Source: Macrostomum lignano (taxonomy: Eukaryota). From it: a stretch of DNA of 64,000 nt. A program made the translations under genes and the position numbers. Location: NCBI GenBank assembly GCA_002269645.1, contig NIVC01000073.1, forward strand, positions 310,001 through 374,000, in the 5' to 3' direction. Below are positions 32,327 to 49,657 of this stretch, in pieces (position 1 is the first letter of the stretch; every line of letters starts with the position of its first letter). The notes below the pieces were generated by a model. That model made no database searches. It saw nothing but the letters and a program-made list of their open reading frames with translations, and was not told the DNA's origin.

Positions 32327-32989
32327 TGACGTCAATTCAGTTCTGCAGCCCCTATAGCTCCTGAATCCAGAATGCTGCTCAATTTCTTTACAATTGATTC
32401 TCTTCGTCCAAGCTCCGGCCTCGTTAAGCCATTTGGTGCCATTGGGCCGATTGATATTCATTGTAGTGGGTTATTTTATTAGACAGTCTTGAATTTATTA
32501 CCCTAATTTTAGAAGTTGTTATGTGATGGCTCTTTTTAAGTCTCCCTAGCGGGTTTTCTTAACATGCTACCGCATTAAACTATTTACATTTTATTTGAAA
32601 AAAAACAAATAAATTGCCAAGAGGCATCTGCGCGAAAGTGAAATTTTTACTCAAATATTTATGGAGTGATGGTGGTGTTGCTGACTGCTGATGCAGGGAT
32701 AACAGAGCTATAGTGATGATTTATCAATGAGTGTGATCACTGATCAGTGCACTGGTGCGATGACTATTCTACTGGTGCCCAATTATTATACAAAAAAATA
32801 ATAACCCATCAGAGTACACACGAATTTGTCATGTTCTGATTCAATCGATCGCAGGACATCAAGACAGACCTCTGCCACAGTGGCCTGCATTGCTTGATTA
32901 CCTTGATAGCCTGCATTGCCCGGGATAAACTAGCTGTGTTGTTTCGCGGTGCACTGCACTGCTAGCCGTCCGTGGCTGGCAGTCGAAAT

Positions 32990-33470
32990 CACACCAGCCC
33001 CTCCCTCTTTCACCCAGCACCAACCCTCCCTCTCACACCCAGCACCAACCCCTTCCCTCTCTCACCCAGCACCAACCCCCTTCTTCTCCCACCCAACACC
33101 AACCTCCTCCCTCTCTCACCCAGCACCAACCCCTCCCTCTCACACCCAGCACCAACCCCTCCCTCTCTCACCCAGCACCAACCCCCTTCCTCTCCAACCC
33201 AACACCGACCCCCTCCCTCTCTCACCCAGCACCAACCCCTTCCCTCTCTCACCCAGCACCAACCCCCTTCCTCTCCAACCCAACACCGACCCCCTCCCTC
33301 TCTCACCCAGCACCAACCCTTCCCTCTCTCACCCAGCACCAACCCCTTCCCTCTCTCACCCAGCACCAATTCCCCCTTCCTCTCCAACCCAACACCAACC
33401 CCTCCCTCTCTCACCCAGCACCAACCTCCCTCTCTCACCCAGCATCAACACTCCCTCTATAACCCGAACC
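32990..33470. repeat. C-rich ~26-bp degenerate repeat (cccagcaccaacccctccctctctca)
   Basis: Direct reading. Confidence 0.9.
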
Positions 33471-33974
33471 AACCCCCTACAGTTTGGAAGTGGCAGTTCG
33501 TGCGTTTAGACACTAGACACAACTTTCTCTCTCTCTCTCTCTTTTTTCTTCTAATTTTCTTGTGAGCTAAAGGCGAACTCTTCAGCTTGTCTAGAAAAAT
33601 ACCCTTTTGGCTCAATTTTTCTTGTATGTCGGTCTTTTGTATCGATAATATTGTTTTTGATAAGCTTTCGAAAAGACATTCTTAAAAGCTTCAAAAGTAT
33701 CTAAAAAGCTAAAGATAGCTATTTATAGCATTGGTCCATGTCAATGTATTTTAAGTGGCTACTAATTACATTCAGTTGTTAACTATCACTATAGTTTTAT
33801 GATAAATGTACAGCTTTATACAAAACATTTGGTAATTTTGTACAGACAAAATTTTCATTTATTTGTGCGCGCATAGGGCAAAACTCTGAATGAACTTCAA
33901 AATATTTGTCGGGAGAGGGGGTTCTGTCATACTGTAGGTATCAGAAGGAGGGGAGCCAAAATCTTTAAGAAGTT

Positions 33975-36900
33975 GGGAGAGGGGCACCGAAATGTGTCAG
34001 GAAAGGGGGCATCAAAATGGTGTCAGGAGGGGGCACCGAAATGTGTCAGTAGAGGGGGCATCAAAATGTGTGTCAGGAGAGGGGCATCGAAATGTGTCAG
34101 GAGAGGGGCACCGAAATGTGTCAGGAGAGGGGCACCGAAATGTGTCCGGTGAGGGGGATCAAAATGGTGTCAGGAGGGGGCACCGAAATGTGTCAGTAGA
34201 GGGGGCATCAAAATGTGTGTCAGGAGAGGGGCATCGAAATGTGTCAGGAGAGGGGGCATCAAAATGTGTCAGGAGAGGGGCACCGAAATGTGTGTCAGAA
34301 GAGGGGGCATCAAAATGTGTGTCGAGAGGGGCATCAAAAGTGTCAAAAGAGGGGGCATCAAAATGTGTGTCAGGAGAGGGGCACCGAAATGTGTCAGTAG
34401 AGCAGTAGAGGGGGCATCAAAATGTGTGTCAGGAGAGGGGCATCGAAATGTGTCAGGAGAGGGGGCATCAAAGTGTGTCAGGAGAGGGGCACCGAAATGT
34501 GTGTCAGAAGAGGGGGCATCAAAATGTGTGTCGAGAGGGGCATCAAAAGTGTCAAAAGAGGGGGCATCAAAATGTGTGTCAGGAGAGGGGCACCGAAATG
34601 TGTAAGGAGAGGGGCACCGAAATGTGTCAGTAGAGGGGGCATCAAAATGTGTGTCAGGAGAGGGGCATCGAAATGTGTTAGGAGAGGGGCACCGAAATGT
34701 GTCAGGAGAGGGGGCATCAAAATGTGTCAGGAGAGGGGCACCGAAATGTGTCAGGAGAGGGGGGATCAAAATGGTGTCAGGAGGGGGCACCGAAATGTGT
34801 CAGGAGAGGGGGCATCAAAATGTGTGTCAGGAGAGGGGCATCAAAATGTGTGTCAGGAGAGGGGCACCGAAATGTGTCAGGAGAGGGGGCATCAAATGTG
34901 TGTCAGGAGAGGGGCATCAAAATGTGTGTCAGGAGAGGGGCACCGAAATGTGTCAGGAGAGGGGGGATCAAAATGGTGTCAGGAGGGGGCACCGAAATGT
35001 GTCAGGAGAGGGGCACCGAAATGTGTCCGGTGAGGGGGGATCAAAATGGTGTCAGGAGGGGGCACCGAAATGTGTCAGTAGAGGGGGCATCAAAATGTGT
35101 GTCAGGAGAGGGGCATCGAAATGTGTCAGGAGAGGGGGCATCAAAATGTGTCAGGAGAGGGGCACCGAAATGTGTGTCAGAAGAGGGGGCATCAAAATGT
35201 GTGTCGAGAGGGGCATCAAAAGTGTCAAAAGAGGGGCATCAAAATGTGTGTCAGGAGAGGGGCACCGAAATGTGTCAGTAGAGGGGGCATCAAAATGTGT
35301 GTCAGGAGAGGGGCATCGAAATGTGTCAGGAGAGGGGGCATCAAAATGTGTCAGGAGAGGGGCACCGAAATGTGTGTCAGAAGAGGGGGCATCAAAATGT
35401 GTGTCGAGAGGGGCATCAAAAGTGTCAAAAGAGGGGGCATCAAAATGTGTGTCAGGAGAGGGGCACCGAAATGTGTCAGGAGAGGGGCACCGAAAAGTGT
35501 CAGGAGAGGGGGCATCAAATGTGTGTCAGGAGAGGGGCATCAAAATGTGTGTCAGGAGAGGGGCACCGAAATGTGTCAGTAGAGGGGGCATCAAAATGTG
35601 TGTCAGGAGAGGGGCATCGAAATGTGTTAGGAGAGGGGCACCGAAATGTGTCAGGAGAGGGGGCATCAAAATGTGTCAGGAGAGGGGCACCGAAATGTGT
35701 CAGGAGAGGGGGGATCAAAATGGTGTCAGGAGGGGCACCGAAATGTGTCAGGAGAGGGGGCATCAAAATGTGTGTCAGGAGAGGGGCATCAAAATGTGTG
35801 TCAGGAGAGGGGCACCGAAATGTGTCAGGAGAGGGGGCATCAAATGTGTGTCAGGAGAGGGGCATCAAAATGTGTGTCAGGAGAGGGGCACCGAAATGTG
35901 TCAGGAGAGGGGGGATCAAAATGGTGTCAGGAGGGGGCACCGAAATGTGTCAGGAGAGGGGCATCAAAATGTGTGTCAGGAGAGGGGCATCAAAATGTGT
36001 GTCAGGAGAGGGGCACCGAAATGTGTCAGGAGAGGGGCACCGAAATGTGTCAGGAGAGGGGGCATCAAATGTGTGTCAGGAGAGGGGCATCAAAATGTGT
36101 GTCAGGAGAGGGGCACCGAAATGTGTCAGGAGAGGGGGGATCAAAATGGTGTCAGGAGGGGGCACCGAAATGTGTCAGGAGAGGGGGCATCAAAATGTAT
36201 CAGGAGAGGGGCATCGAAATGTGTCAGGAGAGGGGCACCGAAATGTGTCAGGAGAGGGGCACCGAAATGTGTCAGGAGAGGGGGCATCAAAATGTGTCAG
36301 GAGAGGGGCACCGAAATGTGTGTCAGAAGAGGGGGCATCAAAATGTGTGTCGAGAGGGGCATCAAAAGTGTCAAAAGAGGGGGCATCAAAATGTGTGTCA
36401 GGAGAGGGGCATCGAAATGTGTCAGTAGAGGGGGCATCAAATGTGTGTCAGGAGAGGGGCATCAAAATGTGTGTCAGGAGAGGGGCACCGAAATGTGTCA
36501 GGAGAGGGGGCATCAAATGTGTGTCAGGAGAGGGGCACCGAAATGTGTCAGGAGAGGGGGCATCAAATGTGTGTCAGGAGAGGGGCATCAAATGTGTGTC
36601 AGGAGAGGGGCATCAAAATGTGTGTCAGGAGAGGGGCACCGAAATGTGTCAGGAGAGGGGGCATCAAATGTGTGTCAGGAGAGGGGCACCGAAATGTGTC
36701 AGGAGAGGGGGCATCAAATGTGTGTCAGGAGAGGGGCACCGAAATGTGTCAGGAGAGGGGGCATCAAATGTGTGTCAGGAGAGGGGCACCGAAATGTGTC
36801 AGGAGAGGGGGCATCAAAATGTGTGTCAGGAGAGGGGCATCAAAATGTGTGTCAGGAGAGGGGCACCGAAATGTGTCAGGAGAGGGGGCATCAAATGTGT

Positions 36901-38765
36901 GTCAGGAGAGGGGCATCAAAATGTGTGTCAGGAGAGGGGCACCGAAATGTGTCAGGAGAGGGGGGATCAAAATGGTGTCAGGAGGGGGCACCGAAATGTG
37001 TCAGGAGAGGGGCACCGAAATGTGTCCGGTGAGGGGGGATCAAAATGGTGTCAGGAGGGGGCACCGAAATGTGTCAGGAGAGGGGGCATCAAAATGTGTC
37101 AGGAGAGGGGCACCGAAATGTGTGTCAGAAGAGGGGGCATCAAAATGTGTGTCGAGAGGGGCATCAAAAGTGTCAAAAGAGGGGGCATCAAAATGTGTGT
37201 CAGGAGAGGGGCACCGAAATGTGTCAGTAGAGGGGGCATCAAAATGTGTGTCAGGAGAGGGGCATCGAAATGTGTCAGGAGAGGGGGCATCAAAATGTGT
37301 CAGGAGAGGGGCACCGAAATGTGTGTCAGAAGAGGGGGCATCAAAATGTGTGTCGAGAGGGGCATCAAAAGTGTCAAAAGAGGGGGCATCAAAATGTGTG
37401 TCAGGAGAGGGGCACCGAAATGTGTCAGGAGAGGGGCACCGAAAAGTGTCAGGAGAGGGGGCATCAAATGTGTGTCAGGAGAGGGGCATCAAAATGTGTG
37501 TCAGGAGAGGGGCACCGAAATGTGTCAGTAGAGGGGGCATCAAAATGTGTGTCAGGAGAGGGGCATCGAAATGTGTTAGGAGAGGGGCACCGAAATGTGT
37601 CAGGAGAGGGGGCATCAAAATGTGTCAGGAGAGGGGCACCGAAATGTGTCAGGAGAGGGGGGGATCAAAATGGTGTCAGGAGGGGGCACCGAAATGTGTC
37701 AGGAGAGGGGGCATCAAAATGTGTGTCAGGAGAGGGGCATCAAAATGTGTGTCAGGAGAGGGGCACCGAAATGTGTCAGGAGAGGGGGCATCAAATGTGT
37801 GTCAGGAGAGGGGCATCAAAATGTGTGTCAGGAGAGGGGCACCGAAATGTGTCAGGAGAGGGGGGATCAAAATGGTGTCAGGAGGGGGCACCGAAATGTG
37901 TCAGGAGAGGGGGCATCAAAATGTGTGTCAGGAGAGGGGCATCAAAATGTGTGTCAGGAGAGGGGCACCGAAATGTGTCAGGAGAGGGGCACCGAAATGT
38001 GTCAGGAGAGGGGGCATCAAATGTGTGTCAGGAGAGGGGCATCAAAATGTGTGTCAGGAGAGGGGCACCGAAATGTGTCAGGAGAGGGGGGATCAAAATG
38101 GTGTCAGGAGGGGGCACCGAAATGTGTCAGGAGAGGGGGCATCAAAATGTATCAGGAGAGGGGCATCGAAATGTGTCAGGAGAGGGGCACCGAAATGTGT
38201 CAGGAGAGGGGCACCGAAATGTGTCAGGAGAGGGGGCATCAAAATGTGTCAGGAGAGGGGCACCGAAATGTGTGTCAGAAGAGGGGGCATCAAAATGTGT
38301 GTCGAGAGGGGCATCAAAAGTGTCAAAAGAGGGGGCATCAAAATGTGTGTCAGGAGAGGGGCATCGAAATGTGTCAGTAGAGGGGCATCAAATGTGTGTC
38401 AGGAGAGGGGCATCAAAATGTGTGTCAGGAGAGGGGCACCGAAATGTGTCAGGAGAGGGGGCATCAAATGTGTGTCAGGAGAGGGGCACCGAAATGTGTC
38501 AGGAGAGGGGGCATCAAATGTGTGTCAGGAGAGGGGCATCAAATGTGTGTCAGGAGAGGGGCATCAAAATGTGTGTCAGGAGAGGGGCACCGAAATGTGT
38601 CAGGAGAGGGGGCATCAAATGTGTGTCAGGAGAGGGGCACCGAAATGTGTCAGGAGAGGGGGCATCAAATGTGTGTCAGGAGAGGGGCACCGAAATGTGT
38701 CGGGAGAGGGGGCATCAAAATGTATCAGGAGAGGGGCACTGAAAGGTGTGTCAGGAGAGGGGAAG
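33975..38765. repeat. 4.8-kb G-rich minisatellite with 24/26-bp units and higher-order structure
   Basis: Units atgtgtcaggagaggggcaccgaa and atgtgtgtcaggagaggggcatcaaa; identical variant strings recur 1949 bp apart (35297/37246, 35646/37595). Confidence 0.97.
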
Positions 38766-38844
38766 AGAGCACCTAATTAGGAGTCATGATCAGTTGATAC
38801 CAAAACACTGTAGGTGTCAGGCGAGGGGGACACCAAATTCCAGT

Positions 38845-43804
<4,960 letters not shown>

Positions 43805-44994
43805 GATGTTTGAGCACTGAACCTGTGTAATAGCAATATAATATATAGCACAGTGGGCAGATGCCAACAGAACTCCAACAGCTTTTATGCTTTATATCTC
43901 TGTGAACTGCGGGGTAGAGAGACCAACCTATTATACGCTTGCAGAATCTGATGAATACGATGCGCACAAATAGCGTTTAGAGATCTTAGGCCTGTACACG
44001 GTAGCAGCTTAGAGCGCGCTCAATGTATAGCTGCCTATATCGCTTCAGAATGTACCTACCCGTTCATGTAGTACGTACAATAAGTGTTTGCTATACACAC
44101 AGGTATAGACGAGAATTATATGGAATCAAGAATTAAGATATCGAAGATAAGAGAATAAATATATAAACTGTAGATTACTCAGTGTCTTCTTACAGCTGTG
44201 TTTCTCTCTCTTACTCGATCTCTTTTTATATAGCAACAAAAAGCTTTTAGAATAATTGTAGTAAACGTCGAATTATGCCAAGAAAGATGCCAAGCAGAAA
44301 GGGCGTGATTGGTTGGCCTCTTGATTGCTTGGCCTTCATTTTTCAGTGTAATATGCGTGAAGCTTATACTAAAAGCTTCTATTTAAATATATGTGAGTAT
44401 AGACTAGGAAACAGTTGGCTAATTAATTACTTGTTATGCATGAATACTCGAATACAGAAGTTTCGAATGTATTTTACCGAATAATTAGGTCAAAAACAAG
44501 CTCGTTAATATTTTCCAGTTAATTAAGGGTTTTCTTTATTGGAAGTTTTATGCAATCGTGTGCATGCATTGAGCACCTTGAAGGTTTGCTATTTACATGT
44601 ACAACATGTGCCATAATTATGTATATTCTTGCCTACCATAACACCTGGCTGAGATGAGTTCCGCTCAACACCTATGATAAATGTAGGTCGAAGCTATTAT
44701 AAATTTGTCTTAAAATTGTTTTCCTTTTGTCTCAGGCAAGTATAGTAGTGCAGTACAGTCACGTGGTTTACCAAACCTATTGCGACAGAAACAAAGCTGA
44801 ATTATAATATCCCTCATGGGTTTTATGTTCCGTGGGACAAAGTCAAGAATTTTACGTGTGCACACTTTTTTCATAATCAATTTTGTCAGCGCTTATTTGG
44901 CGCTGGCACAGATACTATATAACTTATATCTGTTAATTATCAGTTAATATATAATTTTTTTAACATATATTAACTTTATATATATTACATGTAT

Positions 44995-45350
44995 CTGTGG
45001 GCGCTGCAGGCACTCATTTTAGCGCCGCAGGCACTCATTTTAGCGCCGCAGGCACTCATTTTAGCGCCGCAGGCACTCATTTAAGCGTTGCAGGCACTCA
45101 TTTTAGCGCCGCAGGCACTAATTTTAGCGCCACAGCCACTCGTTTTAGCGCCGCAGCCAATCATTTTAGCGCCGCAGGCACTCATTTTAGCGCCGCAGCC
45201 AATCATTTTAGCACCGCAGGCACTCATTTTAGCGCCGCACGCACTCATTTTAGCGCTGCAGGCACTCATTTTAGCGCCGCAGGCACTCATTTTAGCGCCG
45301 CAGGCACTCATTTTAGCGCCGTAGGCACTCATTTTTGCGCCCAGGCACTC
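44995..45350. repeat. 21-bp minisatellite (cactcattttagcgccgcagg)
   Basis: Direct reading; produces the AAGTHFS ORF. Confidence 0.95.
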
Positions 45351-47758
45351 AGTTTTTGCCAGCTGATCGGCATAATTATTTATTTCCATATAACGGGTCA
45401 CAAGGTTGGAATACATGTAAAATAGCTTTTACGGTGGCGACACCCCTGATATCTGTGTCATCTTGGAAGGCGCGGAGAGCATATATAATTGTGGATATTT
45501 GTAAGAATTTGTTTTATTGCAAGACTTGCCGGTCATAATTCATTTATTGCAGGATGATTCGCCAACACCAAAAGCACCGCCAGGATTAGCCTTATAAGGG
45601 CGAATTCGATCGCTACATGTACGATAATCGTACATGTACACGTAAAATCGTACATGTAAATGTACTAAGAGATTAGAGCATAACATGCATATACATTAAT
45701 TAAATACAATACAACAGGGACGCGCGACGTACGAGCGTACGGCGTGCTACCATTTGAATGGCCGCGCGTCTATATGGATGGAGCTTTTTGAGGGCCAAAT
45801 TAAGGTGAGTGCCTGCAGTCCTAGGGGCGCCTTGAGCATCTCAGATCAGAAGGGAGCGAGTGAACAGCTATATGCATGTATGTTACGTAGTAGGTCCCCT
45901 TGGCCACCAGCTGACTACAAATAAACAACAGCTATATTTGAGCAGCAACTATACACAGGCCTGTCACTTCTGCTAGCTGGACTGAGCTACATAAACTTGT
46001 GATTCGCATTTGCACATTAACAAAAGCAAAAACAAAAGCGTTCAATCAATGCAAATAAAATTAAGTAGCAGAAAACTTCCGGCTTTTTCCTTAGAAGAAA
46101 TCTTGAAATCTGTGACAATAACCTTAAATTTAATTCATAGGCCACCATACCACCATATAGTGCCTGTATCTAAAATAGGCTCAACAGTCACTATACGTTT
46201 AGCACCATCATTATACGTTCACTTAGATCGTATAAGAAAGTAAATAATAAAAAATAGACTAGTTAACGATGCCTATCACTAAGTTAAACACAAGTATAAA
46301 TCTAATGAAATTCGACTTACATTAAGTTTACATGCACGTGGAAGTGCAAGTATTAAAAGCTTTAATTGGGCCTACTCGAAGTACTTGTTTATGTACTGCT
46401 TGCCGATTTGTAATTATAATTCACTTTCAACTTTAACTGCATTCGCCGTGAAATCCGAGTTTTTCTAGGAAACATCAGTTTTTGTCTGTCTGGTGGTCTG
46501 GCTATGATGTCGATTCACGATAATGATTGCCAATTGCCATCTTCCGAAATGGCCTCTCAAAGTAGGCTGTCATCTTCCATTAGATCTGCCACTATAAGGA
46601 GCTTAATGCCAGTTAATCTCCTTGAGTGAATTATACTCACGGAGATTAACTGGCATTATACTCAATACTTTATAATATAAGACTTTGTCTTTAGACTTTA
46701 GCTAGGCCCTGCCGCCCTGCTACTTCTTAACAACGACAACAATAAAATAGGGCCCTACTTCACCCTCCAGCCACTCAGTGGCCAGGAAGGGAGGGGGAGA
46801 AGTCAGAGAGCAGAGCACTTCTTTCGGCCATAGCCTACTCTTCAACTTAAGGGTAGGCCTATAATATAGGCCATAATTAGGGTTAGGCCTAGCCTAGCCC
46901 AAGGTAGCCAAGGAGGGCAATAATAAGCCTAATATTTTGTCTTTGTAGGCTATATAGGGGGCCTAGTCCTAAAGGTTTTTGAAGGGTGCTAATTTCAAAT
47001 TTTTAAGCTTTCTTTATCCTAGACGTATTAGAAAAAATGATAGATAGGGCTTAGGCCTAGCCACTTGACCTGGTACATTTCCAAATTCAGTGACCTAGTC
47101 TTAGGACTTAGCATTGTGATACATTTATTATAGAATATTATATGATAGGGCAGTAGTACTTTGTATGTTACAGCTATGGTTTGCCCTTGGCAAGTGATAA
47201 CTAACATATGATTGTGTCAAAGTGGTATTCCTGTACAATACGAAATCCCACTGGTTAGCCACCAAGTTGTCAAAGGGCTAACCTTCTGTCTTTATAAATA
47301 ATTCCACAATGTCACCAAAGTTCTCACAGGGCTTAATTTCTATCTTTATAAATGTCCCAATGTTGGTAGCTGCCACCAAGACTATTTGATTTATAAATTA
47401 TGAGTTTATTAATCTTAAAATAAGTCTGAGAAATGTTTCTTAGAATTAATCTGAGTATATATCTGAGTAGTTGTCTGAGTATTATTCTTAATATTATTCT
47501 TGGTATATGAGTTGTGTTCTACTGTTATTATGGTAGGGCCTAGCATTCTAATATTATTCTGGCCTGAGTGGTATATTGGCTTAGTGGCCTGGATGGAATT
47601 CTTGCAGAAAAATCACAACGCGTTATGCGATTGCGCGAAAAAAATGCCATTTTGCGTCAAAAAATCCAGAAAAAATGCGTTGCAGAATTTCAGACAAAAT
47701 TGCTAATTCTTAATATATATATATAATACTTAGTAGGCCTAAGCCTAGCCATATTAAA

Positions 47759-48163
47759 CAGTGGCATATCTAGGATTTTGAAATGGGAAGGGATAACTTT
47801 TGGAGACAAAATTTTTGACTAATAAAAAAGTTTTTTTTGCATTTTTTGCTTACAAAATGCATTTAAAAAGTACCAAAACTGCATTTATTTGGCTTAAAAA
47901 CTTAACTTTGTTAAAATCAGAATAAAGCCTGCAGACTTTATGCACTAAATACAACATTTTAGGAACTAGAGATTCACCAAGATAATCATTTAAAATATTT
48001 TAATAGTAACTACTGGTAAAATAGGCCAATTTTGGCAATTTTTCTACATCTATACTGCTGCACATTGCATTTTTTTCCAAAAAACCTCATTTTTGTTTCC
48101 TACAAATCATAAAAATTGGGGGGAGGATATATCCCCATACCCCCCCTCCAGCATACGCCCTTG
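47759..48163. mobile_element. old hAT-like MITE remnant
   Basis: Left cagtggcatatctagg and right ccagcatacgcccttg resemble CAGTGGCGTA...TACGCCACTG termini; flanks atattaaa / ccattaaa match 6 of 8. Confidence 0.4.
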
Positions 48164-49489
48164 CCATTAAAGAATGTTATAATAATATTTTTTATATTTG
48201 GCCTAGGTTTCATTTTATTATTATTTTCTTCATGTTAACAAATGAACCTTTGCTAAATTTTTATTAGCCCCTTGAGTAGGCCTAGTGATAGATCCAAAGG
48301 ATTCAAAATCTAAATCCAGAAAAGTTTCAGTTTTTTAAGAAATACAAGTGTTTTGGATTTAGAAATTTTTTTTCTCAATATTTCTAAATGTGCTTTTGAA
48401 TATGAAAAAAGCAAGAAAACTAAACAAATTTAGTTATAAAAGAAAAAACTTGAAATAAAAAAGTAGATTATTATTCAAAAACAAAAATATAACTTTTTTA
48501 GGCCTATTATATTGTTTAATTTTGCAGTTAGGCCCTAACATATTTAAAAGAAAGTAATATCAAGTAAATTTACTAAACTTTGGGACCTTTAAGGCATCAA
48601 ACCTAAAGTTGCAGAAACATTTTTGGCAATCATTGTTTAAGTGTAATCATTAGTTGGCTTTTTAAAAAATGCTAATGAGACTTATGGTAAAGTTCTCAAA
48701 TTGCACAAATATAACATTAGTTAGGTCTAGTAAGATTTGGTATATAAAATTAGTAATTAGAATTAGTTAGATTAGTTATGTAATAATTAAGTTCAATTCA
48801 AACTTATTTACTCTTTACTAAATTTTATTTCTTGCAATTTCATTTGAATTTTACTTGAAGAGTAGACTAGTTGCTTATTTTAGTAACTAATTAGATAGGC
48901 CTAACAAAGCACTTTTGTTCCATAAAGATGTGATAGGTATACCTGCTATTTATCTTTTACTTTTTGCTTATATTAGGAAATACATTCAGATATTCTGATT
49001 TGGATTTGGAATTTTTTTGTACATTTGGTTGATTTTGATTTAGTTTTGGAAACTTGCAAAAATCTACATTTAGTCTAAGCCTATCACTAAGCCTACTCTT
49101 AAGGCATATCTGAACATAGTGCATGATTTGGAAACTGGTTCTTTGATAATAGTCAATTTAGTAACCGTCACTTTAGTGATATGTTGATATCCATTTTGGT
49201 GACAGGTTACTTTAGGGCCAAATATACTCAGCAACATCAAAAAGTCGCCATCACAGAAAATTCTGTCTGTAGTCACAACTTTTGAAAGTGCAGATAAAGT
49301 CTCTCACTGTTTGTGAGTGACGCAACTCACTTATGCCACAGCATAATTGAGTTGAGGAATGAAGTGAGGGGGAGCAGTGTGCAAGGGTTGGATGGAGTAA
49401 AGCCACCCTGATCAGTTTTCTTATATCTTTTAAGAGAAATTACACAGAGTGGTGACTTTTCAATGTTGCTGAGTATATGTATATCATAA

Positions 49490-49657
49490 ATGCGCAACCT
49501 TGGGAATCACCTGGCCATTTCTATTGGCAACACATACAAATAAGTCGCTGTTGGCTGAGAGCAGTCACATGACTACTATTCTGTCCAATAGTGATTTACA
49601 TGTGTGTGTGTTGCCAATAGAAACAGCTAAGTGAATCTCAAGGTTGTTCCCAAGCAT
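49490..49657. mobile_element. short derivative of the 25.7-kb TIR element (termini only)
   Basis: atgcgcaaccttgggaatcacctggccatttctattggcaacacatac ... gtgtgttgccaatagaaacagctaagtgaatctcaaggttgttcccaagcat. Confidence 0.75.

Noticed and set aside
32705-32845. C/D-box snoRNA (gtgatga ... ctga)
   Set aside because: Boxes alone are common by chance; no terminal stem or recognisable guide.
33992-38780. ORFs of up to ~800 aa (CQERG/VRRG repeats)
   Set aside because: All frames are open because the unit lacks stops; frames swap at indels; no coding signature.
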